64,000 nucleotides of DNA from Octopus sinensis (taxonomy: Eukaryota), in contig NC_043010.1 of assembly GCF_006345805.1 (NCBI RefSeq), positions 24,366,001-24,430,000 on the forward strand, written 5' to 3'. Position numbers and translations under genes: made by a program. Position 1 is the stretch's first letter. The number at the start of each line of letters is the position of its first letter. The notes beneath the pieces were generated by a model that ran no database searches, was not told where the DNA came from, and saw nothing but the letters and a program-made list of their open reading frames with translations. Shown here piece after piece: positions 42,701 through 54,937 of the stretch.

Positions 42701-44151
42701 GCTGCCATCGACATCCAAGACAACCAGCCTACCCTCCGGGTCTAGGAAAATTGCTCTTACTTTGAAGTCCAGACTCTTCCGGAGAAGCACCGCGGTCCCA
42801 CCTCCGCCCATTCTCGGTAGACACTACCATGTATATGGGGGCGGGGTGTTTGTGTCTGAGTGTCAGTGCGTGTGTCTGTGTGTATATTTCCATGTATAAC
42901 ACATACAAATAAATGTCGAAATGTGTGCCGAACATGTGCTGGAGTGCCCGCGGGCTGTGGAGTCTGGTCTCACTGATGGCTATGATATGCAGATTTTGTG
43001 CCTTGATGTTGTTTAACAGATAGTCTTGTTTCCAAGGCGACCCCAAGCCACGTACATTTATACTGCCTATTTTGAGCATGTTCCTATCGAAAGTTGTGTT
43101 TTACACACGAAAGAAGATGAAAATGAAAGAGAGAGAGAGTCACTTACTGTCCGAAAGTTCTTTGTTCTTCACCTCACAGTCTTCTCCCAGAAGGTTTTTG
43201 TACAGTTTTTTTGACAAATATTTTTGAAATCTCCCAACTGCATCAGGGTAGAGAGATTTTAGGATGCTGTGTGTGTTCTGTGTCATGTGTATGATTTTAA
43301 TGTGTTGTGGCGGTGTTGTGCGTGGGTGATTATTTGTTTTGGTGTCATTTTCGGTTATGTCTGAATTCCATTAGGTCGGGGTTGTTGGTGTTTATGGTTG
43401 TCAACATTCTTGGGAGCTTTGGTGATAGTGTGTTTGTGTTTTCTGCGGATGTTTTAGTTTCGGGAGTGGTAAACCTCCCTGCTTTGCTTGTCTGCTTCTC
43501 TATTCTTTTTTTACCCTTTTTTCTCCCCCCCCCCCCCTGTAGCTATTTGCCAATCCTCTGTGTCGTCTTCATCTGATGACATGTCAGAGGAATCAGAAGG
43601 TGGGAGGGGAAGTGTATTGGGGTCTATTTCTGACTCTGTTGTTGGTGTTGGTGCTGGTTGGTGACAGTTGGGGTGTGGTGTATGGGGTCTGGGAGATGTG
43701 GTATAGGTCTTTTTTGTTTTCTCTTCTTCCTTTGAAGTTGTTGTTGTTGGTGGTGGTGATGATGGTGCTGTTTCTGTTCTTGGTGACGATGGTGGTGGTG
43801 TTCTTTTGTTGGGCTGACTTGTTGGTTGGTGATCTTTCATTTGTTCATATAGTTTCTTGATTAGTTGTGCATATAGCGGTGTGGGTAGTAGTGCTGGTTT
43901 TTGTATGGTTTTTGGTTTTCTTGCGGTTGTTGTTGTTTTTCATTGTCTTGTTGTTTCTGTGCTAGTAGGCACTTATTTTGTAAATGTGCGTTGCTACCAC
44001 AAACGTAGCAACGAGGCTTTCTGCCTTCGACGGCCACATGTAAACTCGAACCGTTCCTCGATTGAATTCTATGTGGAATTTTCTCCTGGATCATTGGATT
44101 TATCTGAGCAAGGATTTGGATTTCTCGGCCGATCCAGTAGTGATGGTCAAC
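39726..44151 (-). mobile_element. Tx1/L1-like LINE: ORF1 3' part plus degraded ORF2 (APE endonuclease, RT)
   Basis: ORF1 knuckle CYVCGSNAHLQNKC (43969-44010). ORF2 from ATG 43079: INVRG, ISET, VLVGDWNA, SYLD, TDH, LDQSKAFDRVDH, SVRQG, YADDV. AATAAA then a (CTAT)n tail. Many frameshifts. Confidence 0.9.
42828..42906. repeat. 79-bp insertion identical to 44834-44912
   Basis: CATGTATATGGGGGCGGGG..ATAACACATAC occurs at both positions and interrupts the APE domain. Confidence 0.9.
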
Positions 44152-44217
<66 letters not shown>

Positions 44218-44297
44218 GATGGATGGATGGATGGATGGATGGATGGATGGATGGATGGATGGATGGGTGGATGGATAGATGGATGGATGGATGGATG

Positions 44298-44371
<74 letters not shown>

Positions 44372-44399
44372 GAGATAGATAGATAGATAGATAGATAGA
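44152..44399. repeat. (GATA)n/(GGAT)n microsatellite
   Basis: Direct reading. Confidence 0.95.
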
Positions 44400-45387
44400 C
44401 CAATTTCTTGGCTGACACTAATGCTGGTACCGCATTATATCGCGTGAAAAAATCATGGAATTCTTCCGGTTGCCAGTATTTGCCAGTGTTACTTTCTGCC
44501 AACCGCATCAAATTAATGCTCTACTTTCATTACGTTATTCAGAAATTTTTCTTCCGTAAAACCTCATGTAATCTCATGAGGCTTTATCCAAAACAGAAGC
44601 GATTTACCAACAACATTAAGTGGAGTGATTGAAAAATGTGTGAAACCAATGGTAGCGTGATAATTTCGCAAATAAAGAAAGTATTTATCCATCGACAAAG
44701 GTGTCGAGTATTCATTCTCATTCGTCGCCACAATCATATACATGCGTGTATGTGTGTGTATTTGTGTGCGCATGTGTCTGTGCGTGCGTGTGTCCGCATG
44801 TGTGCAACATATGTATATAACTATATACACTATCATGTATATGGGGGCGGGGTGTTTGTGTCTGAGTGTCAGTGCGTGTGTCTGTGTGTATATTTCCATG
44901 TATAACACATACATACACAAAATCCACGAACATGTTTATTTTTTATTCGTCTTCGTGATATCTCTTTCCTTCAATCGACACTCTGCGCCAATTCTTTTTT
45001 GTTTTGTTTCGTTTTCTCTCTTTTATAATAACTTTTCCTAATTATTAATCTCATATATAAATTTGTTATTTCATTCCTGAATCGTGATATTTTGACTAAC
45101 CGTAAATATTTTAGTCCTGGTAGCAGTATGTCAGTAAATGTTTTTAGTTTTTAATACATAAGAATTGCTTTATATCTTTTAGTGAACTTTTATCTTCCTT
45201 GCGATGTACGCCATGCTTTACTGAATAGAAACAGAGCACAAGCTGACGTATGTAGATCGTGAATTCAAATTAATTGTAACTCTCGCGTTGTATTTTGTTT
45301 TCCCTCGTAAATTCCATTTTTTCTTTCAGCCTTGAATGAGCAGATAGATGGATATATGTGGATCAAAACAGTTTGATTGAAATTCTT

Positions 45388-45477
45388 GGGTACTCTGAGT
45401 TTCGAGCGTGATGCTAATCTTCAGCCATTTGAATTCAAATTCAGAATGTCTGAAGGTTAGCATCACGCTTTGAACTG
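45388..45477. other. Degenerate HHR-like motif with a head-to-head partial copy
   Basis: Minus strand TGG-CTGAAGA-TTAGC-ATCAC-GCTC-GAAA-CTCAGAG-TA-CCC; plus strand CTGAAGGTTAGCATCACGCTTTGAACTG. Confidence 0.4.
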
Positions 45478-45540
45478 TTTTGATCCGTACATGTAACTCC
45501 CAGTAAACGTGTTGAGTGCCCTTCTTTCGTTTGTCCACTC

Positions 45541-45574
<34 letters not shown>

Positions 45575-45879
45575 TATTTTCTGCTGAAGTGGGAAGAATC
45601 CATAGGATTGATCGCAAAATTGATTCAATATAGAAATAAGGAAGTCTTTAAAAATGATCTGTTGGCTAGCTTTCCTTGATTTCAGCATGACGTGTATTTA
45701 TAGTGAATGTATAATGAAATGTGGAAATTGACGATTTAAAGTCTGTTATCAGCATATTGGCATAGAAATAATTTTTCTTTTGCCCTTGTTTATAAGTTGT
45801 TTACATGTATATATATATTATATATATATATATACTACTTCAGACACAGGCATCACAGGCATCGCTATATCTTTAATGA

Positions 45880-46070
45880 TTATGTGTGGCATATTATGAC
45901 TGACCGTAGCTGAGAAAGGCGGAAGAATTATATATGCCATTATGGACTGGAGGCATGTATCAGCATGGATGGTATGCTCACTGAACACCTGCTGAAAGAG
46001 AGCCCCATCATTTCCACATCTGTCCAAAAGAAATGGAAAGCCACATCTGGTACAGCTCATACTTAAGAGA
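45880..46070 (+). mobile_element. Highly degraded mariner-like fragment
   Basis: ..WRHVSAW..MLTEH resembles the mariner KVSARWVP.MLT motif. Confidence 0.35.
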
Positions 46071-46157
46071 AAAATCAAGCGTTGGCATTGTTTCAAATCA
46101 AGCTTTATCATATACGTATGTATGTATGTATATATGAATGTATATATGTATATACCG

Positions 46158-46196
<39 letters not shown>

Positions 46197-46720
46197 TGTC
46201 TGTGTGTCTGTGTCTGTGTCTGTGTGTGTTTGCATGTTCATATGTACAAGGGCTTTGGGTAAAAGAAATTACAAGAAAATCTTTAATTATAATTTTATTC
46301 AGCATATTACTTATTGCAGTGGTTCTTCAGTTTTTCTAAATCCTAGGCCTTTCGCGACATCCTTAAGCCAAGAACTTTTTCAACTACTCGTATGTATGTG
46401 TGTATACATATATGCATACATACATGCATACATATATACATAATAAACACATACACGCACTCTTACATACGTAAATAGGATAAATATACGTATTATACAT
46501 GCATATATAGATAATTAGAAGCTTGCAATTACCGGCTATTAAATGAACTGTAAAAGTATTCCAAACATTCCAAAAGCGTATCCTGTAATATGTATACACA
46601 TACACTTATAGACATATATATATACGTATGCGCACACGGCACATACATACAAACACACAGAGACATATACACACATGTCTGTTTAAACGTTTACGTGTGT
46701 GTGTAGGTTTGTCTGTGTGA

Positions 46721-46767
<47 letters not shown>

Positions 46768-46771
46768 ATAT

Positions 46772-46807
<36 letters not shown>

Positions 46808-47260
46808 TTTATACACACACACATATATAATATACATTTAAACATATATACGTATTAAAAAATTATCATCACAAACTGTTAAGTGTAAAAATATGTAAAG
46901 CATTCTACGAGTATATTATGTAGTATGTGTGCATACAACACGTATTTATATATATATATATATATATATCTATATATATATATATATATATATATGCTCA
47001 CAAGCATTTATGCTTGCATGCAATGGCGATAATGCATGCATACAAATGCATATTTCCATATGCAAATCTGTACATACCTACATTCCCTATTTGCATAAGC
47101 ACCTAAATGGTGGTGTACCGATTCCAGTGGCAGAATTTTCTTTCTGGATTCTTCCCTCTTGCCAAGACATTTTGAAATTAAAGGCACGGCATGCTTGTAT
47201 GAAGGTATGTATGGATACGCATATATATGAATATATATATATATATATATATAATATAAT

Positions 47261-47313
<53 letters not shown>

Positions 47314-47559
47314 TATATGTACATAAAATGCATGCAACATACCAACAGACATACATATGTACGTGCATAAATACAAATAAACATGTATGCATGCTTACCT
47401 GCATTCAAACGGGTATACGTACTTGCAGGCATGCATATATCAATATATGTATGTATCCGAACGTACAAATTCACGTGCATTCATACATGTACCCATATAA
47501 GCATGTATGCATGTATGGATACATGTGCGCTGAGCGCATGCACATATACATGCATACAT

Positions 47560-47958
47560 GCATTCAGGAATTCATGAACACATTTATACATATATGCATA
47601 CATTATTCATGCATACATGCATAGATACATGCATCTATGCATTCATATATATACAGGAATACATACAATACATACATATATACGTACATATATACATACA
47701 AACATACATACAAACATACATACATACAACCATACATACATACAAACACACATACGTACATACAAGCATACATATACACAAACATACATACATGCTTACG
47801 TACATACATGCATACATACATACATCCATACCTACCTACATACATACATACATGCATACATACATACACACACAGACATACATACATGCATACATGCATA
47901 CACACATACATACATATATACATACATACATACATACATACATACATACATACATACA

Positions 47959-47992
<34 letters not shown>

Positions 47993-48005
47993 CATACACA
48001 CATAC
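47560..48005. repeat. (TACA)n-rich simple repeat
   Basis: Direct reading. Confidence 0.9.
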
Positions 48006-48571
48006 AAAACAATTCTTTAATGATTTACCGAGACTAGTAGCAGAGGTGTCTTTTTTCTTCCGTTCCGTTTCGTATTAAAAGTCATCTCGGACTAAAAACA
48101 TTAATTCAGAAAATAAACCATTTAAAATTATTTTTTAAATATTTTTGATATTATCCTATAGTTCTAATGTGATGGAGTCTGTATTCGTTCGTTATCAAAT
48201 AATTGCATCTATTAATCCACCATCGCTTTTCATGCCTTTTCCAAACTAGGCCATATTTCTGCCGGGTGGTTCCGTTTCAGACATATTTCTCAGATTTTTG
48301 CTCCGTACTCTTTCCAGAGAGAGGGGGGGGGAGAGGGGGGAGAGAGTAAGATTTATGAAGTCTGAGAAAGGGATCAAATTGGAAAATTCAAATCTTCATA
48401 TTTTGAATGAATTCTTTATCGGGAATCGGAATCAAAACTAATTATGGTTCAGTAGAAATGTAGGAAAAATGATGGCAATATATTAATATTTTAGCAGAAA
48501 ATCGATTATCACAGAAAAATAATAACACAACACTGGTTATCATTCTCCCATCACATCTATTGGAACAAACA

Positions 48572-48613
<42 letters not shown>

Positions 48614-48776
48614 ACACACACACACACACATACGCACAAACACAAACACCCACAAACTCACTCATACAGGCACGCGAATTTCTGCATTCCTATATGTACT
48701 TTTGCATGTACTTAAGTACCTGCATATCTATATATGTATGTGTGTGCACCTGTGTATGTGCATAGGCATATATACA

Positions 48777-48842
<66 letters not shown>

Positions 48843-49824
48843 AGATAGATAGATAGATAGATAGATATATAGAGAGAGAGATGTATGTATGTATGTATAT
48901 ACCTGTTTACATACATATATATATATACTTATATATATGTATGTATGTACGTATGTATGTATGTGTGTATGTATGTATGTATGTATGTTTGTATGTAAGT
49001 ATGTATGTATGTATGTTTGTATGTATGTATGTATGTATCTATGTATGTATGTATGCATGCAAGTCTGCTCGACTTGATATCAAACATTACAAATGAGATT
49101 TTCCCCAGCTCATTATAATTCCGAGTATTAATCACGTGTCTCTTTTTAAAATCACCGAAAGAAAACGCAATTTCCTTTATGCTTTCATATCTTTGAAGCA
49201 ACCTCTACAAAGAATGCTACTTACTTCCTTAATATATTAACTTAGTAATCTCATTACAAGAATTTCACCAAAAGAACCACTTTTTCTTTCATTTTCTTCC
49301 TCTTTTCTTTTTCCTGTTGCCTCCTGATGAGACGGTGGTTATTATAAATTTTCCTTTTCTCTTTGATTCTGTTGGCCCTATCATATTTATGATACTTAAG
49401 TTATTAACTAGGTCATATGATAGACTCATTCGCTATTGATTGAACTAAAAAAAAGGCAATGTATTGTTGAATTTAATAGCTACATCTAGGACGGTGCTTT
49501 ACACATATTGAAAATTAATATCAATTCTGTTGTCATTCAGTTACATATTTCATGAACGTGATGAATGACAGATAAATTAACTGACGGACTTCGAACAATT
49601 GATATTAAGGTGGTAATATGCTATGTTATATAGTATTAATTAACTATAAATATTAGGCTATTAAAGAACCATTAACAGTTATTAGAATAACCATTAATAT
49701 TAAGCTGTTAAAATAACCATTAATATTAAGCTGTTAAATAAGAAAATGTTGTGTAGAATCAAAAGTTTTGGATATTTTTGCAACTTCTTTGCTGTATTAG
49801 TAAGTTACAACAAAAAGAGCTCAC

Positions 49825-49910
49825 CATTCAAAGTAGAGGCCATTGTGTTGCACCGTCTCAAGCCATCTTTCTGCCTCGTCTTTGACCTCACGCTGACACC
49901 AGTTCTTGTC
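49825..49910 (-). CDS. Candidate internal exon, unidentified
   Basis: CTTTGTCTGTTAG acceptor, GTGAGC donor, 86 nt, DKNWCQREVKDEAERWLETVQHNGLYFE(W). A second frame is also open. Confidence 0.35.
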
Positions 49911-50839
49911 CTAACAGACAAAGATGTTCCTTTCTGAAGATTCCATCTCGTCTTGGTTGACGTTACATGGCTTCGGTCTGTACAACACGATAGCCTCTGC
50001 TTCGAATGATAAGCTGATTTTTGTTGTCACTTGATGAATAAAACAAAAAAGCTACTAGAAATATTGCAAAATTAACTATTAACCCATTCACGCCGATCGT
50101 CTGTTTAAACTGACACTTAATTTATCAGGCTATAAAACAAATACTTGATGCAAATTGTGATTTGTGTATGATCTGTATCAAAGAATGAAACATGTTTTTA
50201 ACGCGTATGCAGTCTCTATCAAACGAATTTCAATGAAATTTCTTTTTCAGTTGTTATTTAGGTCAAAATAATAGAATCTGTGAATTTTCAGGCAATTTCA
50301 TTCGCTAGAAAAATTTCGGCACGTTAGTAATAAGCTATTAAAATAACCAATTAAGGAAAAGGGTGATATGGATGTCAAGCTTGACAAATTGGTTGGAAGA
50401 AAGAGGCATTAAACGTCAAGAAGGGAAACTGTTACAGACATCGAAGAACAGAGAACTGCGGCAGGACATGATCAATTATGTCCTACATTCTGGACATGGA
50501 ATGAAGAAGAAAAGATTATTATAAATAAGAATACTGCAGTACTAAATTCGATGGCCTTTTGGGGTTGCAGTGTATGTACTTGAAAAATATGGCAGTTGGT
50601 CGGTGTAATCGATAGAATGTCCTACCTTTTAATTATCTTTGTTGGATTTTACAGATCTTTTCATTCTAAGGATGGTTCAAGAAACTGTGAAGATGGATTT
50701 AAGTCATTGTGAGCTACAAATTGGTACAGCTGTATGAGGAGAGGACATGGAAGGAAACTAAAAGACCAAAGCATGTACAGACAAGTATACAACTCTCACT
50801 AATATGCACACACACACACAGACGTATACATTTAAATCC

Positions 50840-51190
50840 TCGAAGTATTTAGTCGAGTAAATCGACCCCGGGACATATTTATTTTCTAAGTACCGTACTT
50901 AATATTACATCGGTCACTTGTTGCCGAATCACTAGTTCCAAAGATGTAAACAAACCAACACTGGTTACCACGCGACATATACATGCAGACATGTACATAT
51001 ATTCATGTATGTGCGTGTGTCTATGTGCATAAGTGTGTGTGTGTGTATGTGTGTGTTTGTGTGTGTGAGTGTGTGTGAGTGTGCGTACGACGGCCTTCTT
51101 TCAGCTTCCATCTACCAGATCGATTCACATAGTTTTGGTCCGCCCGGGACTATTGTAGAAGATAGTTGCCCAAGGTGGAAGTGAACTTGA
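50840..51190 (-). mobile_element. Degenerate SINE family A variant
   Basis: GGCCTTCTTTCAGCTTCCATCTACC.. and CGACCCCGGGAC segments. Confidence 0.6.
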
Positions 51191-51273
51191 AACAATGTGG
51201 TTGGAGAATGAGTGTGTATATATATATATATATTATATTATATCATATATATTATATATGTATGTAAGTATTC

Positions 51274-51328
<55 letters not shown>

Positions 51329-51332
51329 TATG

Positions 51333-51428
<96 letters not shown>

Positions 51429-51799
51429 ATATACATACATATATATAATATATATATATATTATATATACATAAATACACACACATATGTGTGTGCGTGT
51501 GTGTAGTACAAATAATAATAGTAGCCGATAAAAAATGTTTGTTGGTTGATTTTCCGACGCGTCTATGATCGTAAATGCAGAGGGAGGAGAGAATAAATAA
51601 AAGCGCGATACAAAGGAAGGGTTAATACAGGAGGTGCAGCAGGAGGTGTGCACATACTAGTGCGCATGCTCAGCAGTCAGTGAGTAAAAGAACACTAAAC
51701 ACACAGGGAGAAATAATCACAGGAGGAGGTAAAAGTGACAAAGTATTTGGCTGCAACTGAAAAAGGCTCTGCGATGGTTAATATTTAATCTTTTTTACT

Positions 51800-52190
51800 C
51801 TAGATACAAGGCCCAAAATTTTGTGGGAGGGGACCAGTCGATTAGATCCAACACACTACATAATTGGTACTTAATTTATTGACTCTGGAAGAATGAAAGG
51901 CAAAGTCGACCTCGGCGGAATTTGAACTCAGAACGTAACGGCAGATGAAATACCTATTTCTTTACTACCCACAAGGGGTTAAACACAGAGAGGAAAAACA
52001 AGGACAGACAAACGGATTAAGTCGATTATATCGACCCCAGTGCGTAACTGGTACTTATTTAATCGACCCCGAAAGGATGAAAGGCAAAGTCGACCTCGGC
52101 GGAATTTGAACTCAGAACGTAGCGGCAGACGAAATACTGCTAAGCATTTCGCCCAGCATGCTAACATTTCTGCCAGCTCGCCGTCTTAAT
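51800..52190 (-). mobile_element. Composite SINE family B (duplicated body)
   Basis: Two GTCGACCTCGGCGGAATTTGAACTCAGAACGT blocks; same layout as 56360-56750. Confidence 0.8.
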
Positions 52191-52299
52191 GGTTAATATT
52201 TATTGTAATGTTTATTTTCCTTCGTTGTTTTACAAAATGCAGGGGTTGCATTCATTCTCTTCTCTGCCTCTCTCTCCTTACTTCAGTAAAATTTACTAA

Positions 52300-52494
52300 A
52301 CGACATACACTCAGCTAATCCGTTGAAGAGCCTACTTACTCAGTATTCCTCAGGGAGATTCAGGGTGACATAGAATATGTCAAAAGCTGGTCCCCTTTTG
52401 AATTACAAGTAGAACTTATATTTGCCAGCTGGGTGTATTAGCGCAATGTGGATCGTGATCTGAATACCTTAACCACTAAGGCACGCGCCTTCAC
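52300..52494 (-). mobile_element. SINE family D
   Basis: TAACCACTAAGGCACGCGCCTTC is the reverse complement of the head at 24217. Confidence 0.65.
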
Positions 52495-53127
52495 TAAAAT
52501 TTCCTTAGGGACAACGACCAAATCCCTACATTCACATTCTTATTCAATAAGCTATATTGCCAACGAAAAACCTGTCCTCCGGCAAGCAGAACGCTTCACG
52601 TGACACAAATCAAATTAGCGTTAATTTTTTTAAAAATTTAGCCCCACATACAATGAGTGAAAACAACATAGTTTTGTTGGTGTTTCTTTTTTCTCCTTTT
52701 ATTTTTGCTTTCTTTTCTTTCGTTCTTGGATGGTTCAGTGGTAGGTTTCTCTCTCAATTATTAGTTCCATCATTGCGCCTACTTAGCACCCTCGTTATAA
52801 CAGAAACGACAGATACTGAGGGGACATCCATTGATTCAGTTTCTATCTATATTTATTATCCAATTTGTTTCTTTGTATGTTTATGCAATTCACTGTTTTT
52901 TAGTTCTTATTTTTTTAAGTGTTATTTTTCTTGATATATCGTTAATAATTTTTTTTCTACGTAAGGTGTACTAGCCATCTGAATGTGGCTAGCCACTGGG
53001 GGTGGGGTGTTACTGATGCTTTTAGCCCCAGGCGATCAACGTCACCAGATGGTCTTTAGACACTATCTCAGTGCCCTTGTGTTATATGCAAAGGGAGGTC
53101 ATCCTCCCCCGAAGACCTAAGTACTAC

Positions 53128-53170
53128 ATACGGACTATAGTTTCAAGGTAATTGCCTCTCATCAACGCAT
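53128..53170 (-). ncRNA. Type I HHR (inverted copy)
   Basis: ATGCG-TTGATGA-GAGG-CAATTA-CCTT-GAAA-CTATAG-TC^CGTAT. Confidence 0.8.
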
Positions 53171-53368
53171 GGTAAGCACCGACCCCAGTGGCTAGCCACA
53201 TTCAGATGGCTAGTACACCTTACGTTGTCGAGCGGTTACTGTTTATATCTTGTTCAGAGATTTATTATTGCTTTCAGACAGTTTTTCTAAATCAGTGACA
53301 GCGGTTGCTGTGAAAAACGTTATATATTATTTGCAAGGGGACTCCTTCATCGAAGACCGGTGCCTACC

Positions 53369-53411
53369 ATGCGTTGACGAGAGGCAATTACCTTGAAACT
53401 ATAGTCCGTAT
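53369..53411 (+). ncRNA. Type I HHR (U3 core variant)
   Basis: ATGCG-TTGACGA-GAGG-CAATTA-CCTT-GAAA-CTATAG-TC^CGTAT; palindromic ACTATAGT; stem I extended by CTAC/GTAG and CGAAGACC/GGTCTTCG. Confidence 0.85.
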
Positions 53412-53723
53412 GTAGTACTTAGGTCTTCGAGGGAGGATGACCTCCCTTTGCAAATAACACAAGGGCACTGAGCTAGTGTCTAAAGTCCATCTGGTGACGT
53501 TGATCGCCTGGGGCTAAAAGCATCAGTAACACCCCACCCCCAGTGGCTAGCCATATTCAGATGGCTAGTACACCTTACGTTGTCGAGCGGTTACTGTTTA
53601 TATCTCGTTCAGAGATTTATTATTGCTTTCAGACAGTTTTTCTAAATCAGTGACAGTGGTTGCTGTGAAAAACGTTATATATTATTTGCAAGGGGACTCC
53701 TTCATCGAAGACCGGTGCTTACC

Positions 53724-53766
53724 ATGCGTTCACGAGAGGCAATTACCTTGAAACTATAGTCCGTAT
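53724..53766 (+). ncRNA. Type I HHR copy with G5-to-C core mutation
   Basis: Core reads TTCACGA, otherwise identical; its cut site lies 355 nt after that of the first plus-strand copy. Confidence 0.7.
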
Positions 53767-54507
53767 GTAGTACTTAGGTCTTCGAGGGAGATGACCTCTC
53801 TTTACAAATAACACAAGGGCACTGAGATAGTGTCTAAAGTCCATCTGGTGACGTTGATCGCCTGGGGCTAAAAGCATCAGTAACACCCCACCCCCAGTGG
53901 CTAGCCACATTCAGATGGCTAGTACACCTTACGTTGTCGAGCGGTTACTGTTTATATCTCGTTCAGAGATTTATTATTAATTTTTTTTCTTTCCTTCATT
54001 TAATTTTCATTCACATTTTTTTTATTTTTCATTTATTTTCTTTCATCGTTTTGACTGCTTGAGAAAAAAGGTTTGCTAGTAAATATTACGTTTCCTTGGT
54101 GAATAAACAATAGATGGTAATGGCGGAAAAGCAGATGATAAATTGTGGATCACAGTTTTATAAGGGTTCATTATGATATTTCAATGAAGCGTCAATTGAA
54201 TGCTATAGCGAGGGTTGTTGTAGATTTATATAACATGAGGGAAATAACAATGCAGATGGTGAGAGAGTGCTTAGTGATATGTGTTGGTGTGTGGGTCGGT
54301 GTAAATATATATATATTTATAAATATATATATGTGTGTGTGTGTGTGTGTGTACATTATATACACATTCATATACACATGTATATGTGTGTGTATGTTGA
54401 TCGTTCGGTAGATAAATAAATAGATAGATAGATAGATAGATAGATCGATAGATAGATAGATAGATAGATAGATACGTATACATAGAACGTTATATATATA
54501 TATATAT

Positions 54508-54575
<68 letters not shown>

Positions 54576-54885
54576 TATATATATATATATATCTACGCAG
54601 ACATACAAACGCACACATTACACACGCCTTCAATTATATCCCATTTAGGAAAAAATAATATGGTCGGTACAGGTTTCCATCGTACTAATCAAAAGGAACA
54701 GCCCCACGCGGTTTCTAACAGCGAGGGAGACAGGTGAAAGGGCCAACTTTAGAAACTATTATTTTATATAAGTTTATGAATGTCTTGGTCGAGATTTTAT
54801 TCTGCGCCCCTTCTAGACACTTCGAAACCAAGGAAACTGGAATTGTCGCTAGGGGCCGGAACAAAATACATTGGACACTTGTTAC

Positions 54886-54937
54886 ATTCCTCTTCGTTGT
54901 GATTTCAAATCTCTCCGAGATCAGCTTTGCCGTATAT
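54886..54937 (-). CDS. Candidate internal exon, unidentified
   Basis: CTAAC branch point plus TTTACATAG acceptor, GTAACA donor, YTAKLISERFEITTKRN; phase-compatible with 49825-49910. Confidence 0.25.

Larger units (their letters stand above)
52959..53977 (+). mobile_element. Non-autonomous HHR element: 5' inverted copy plus ~2.2 tandem 355-bp units, 13-bp TSD
   Basis: Inverted segment 52959-53181; tandem units start at ~53183, 53538 and 53892; TAATTTTTTTTCT at 52946-52958 and 53978-53990; no ORF. Confidence 0.9.

Noticed and set aside
49825-50005. In-frame TAG at 49911-49913 as a possible A-to-I recoded stop
   Set aside because: The TAG is more simply a splice acceptor AG, and there is no evidence for editing.
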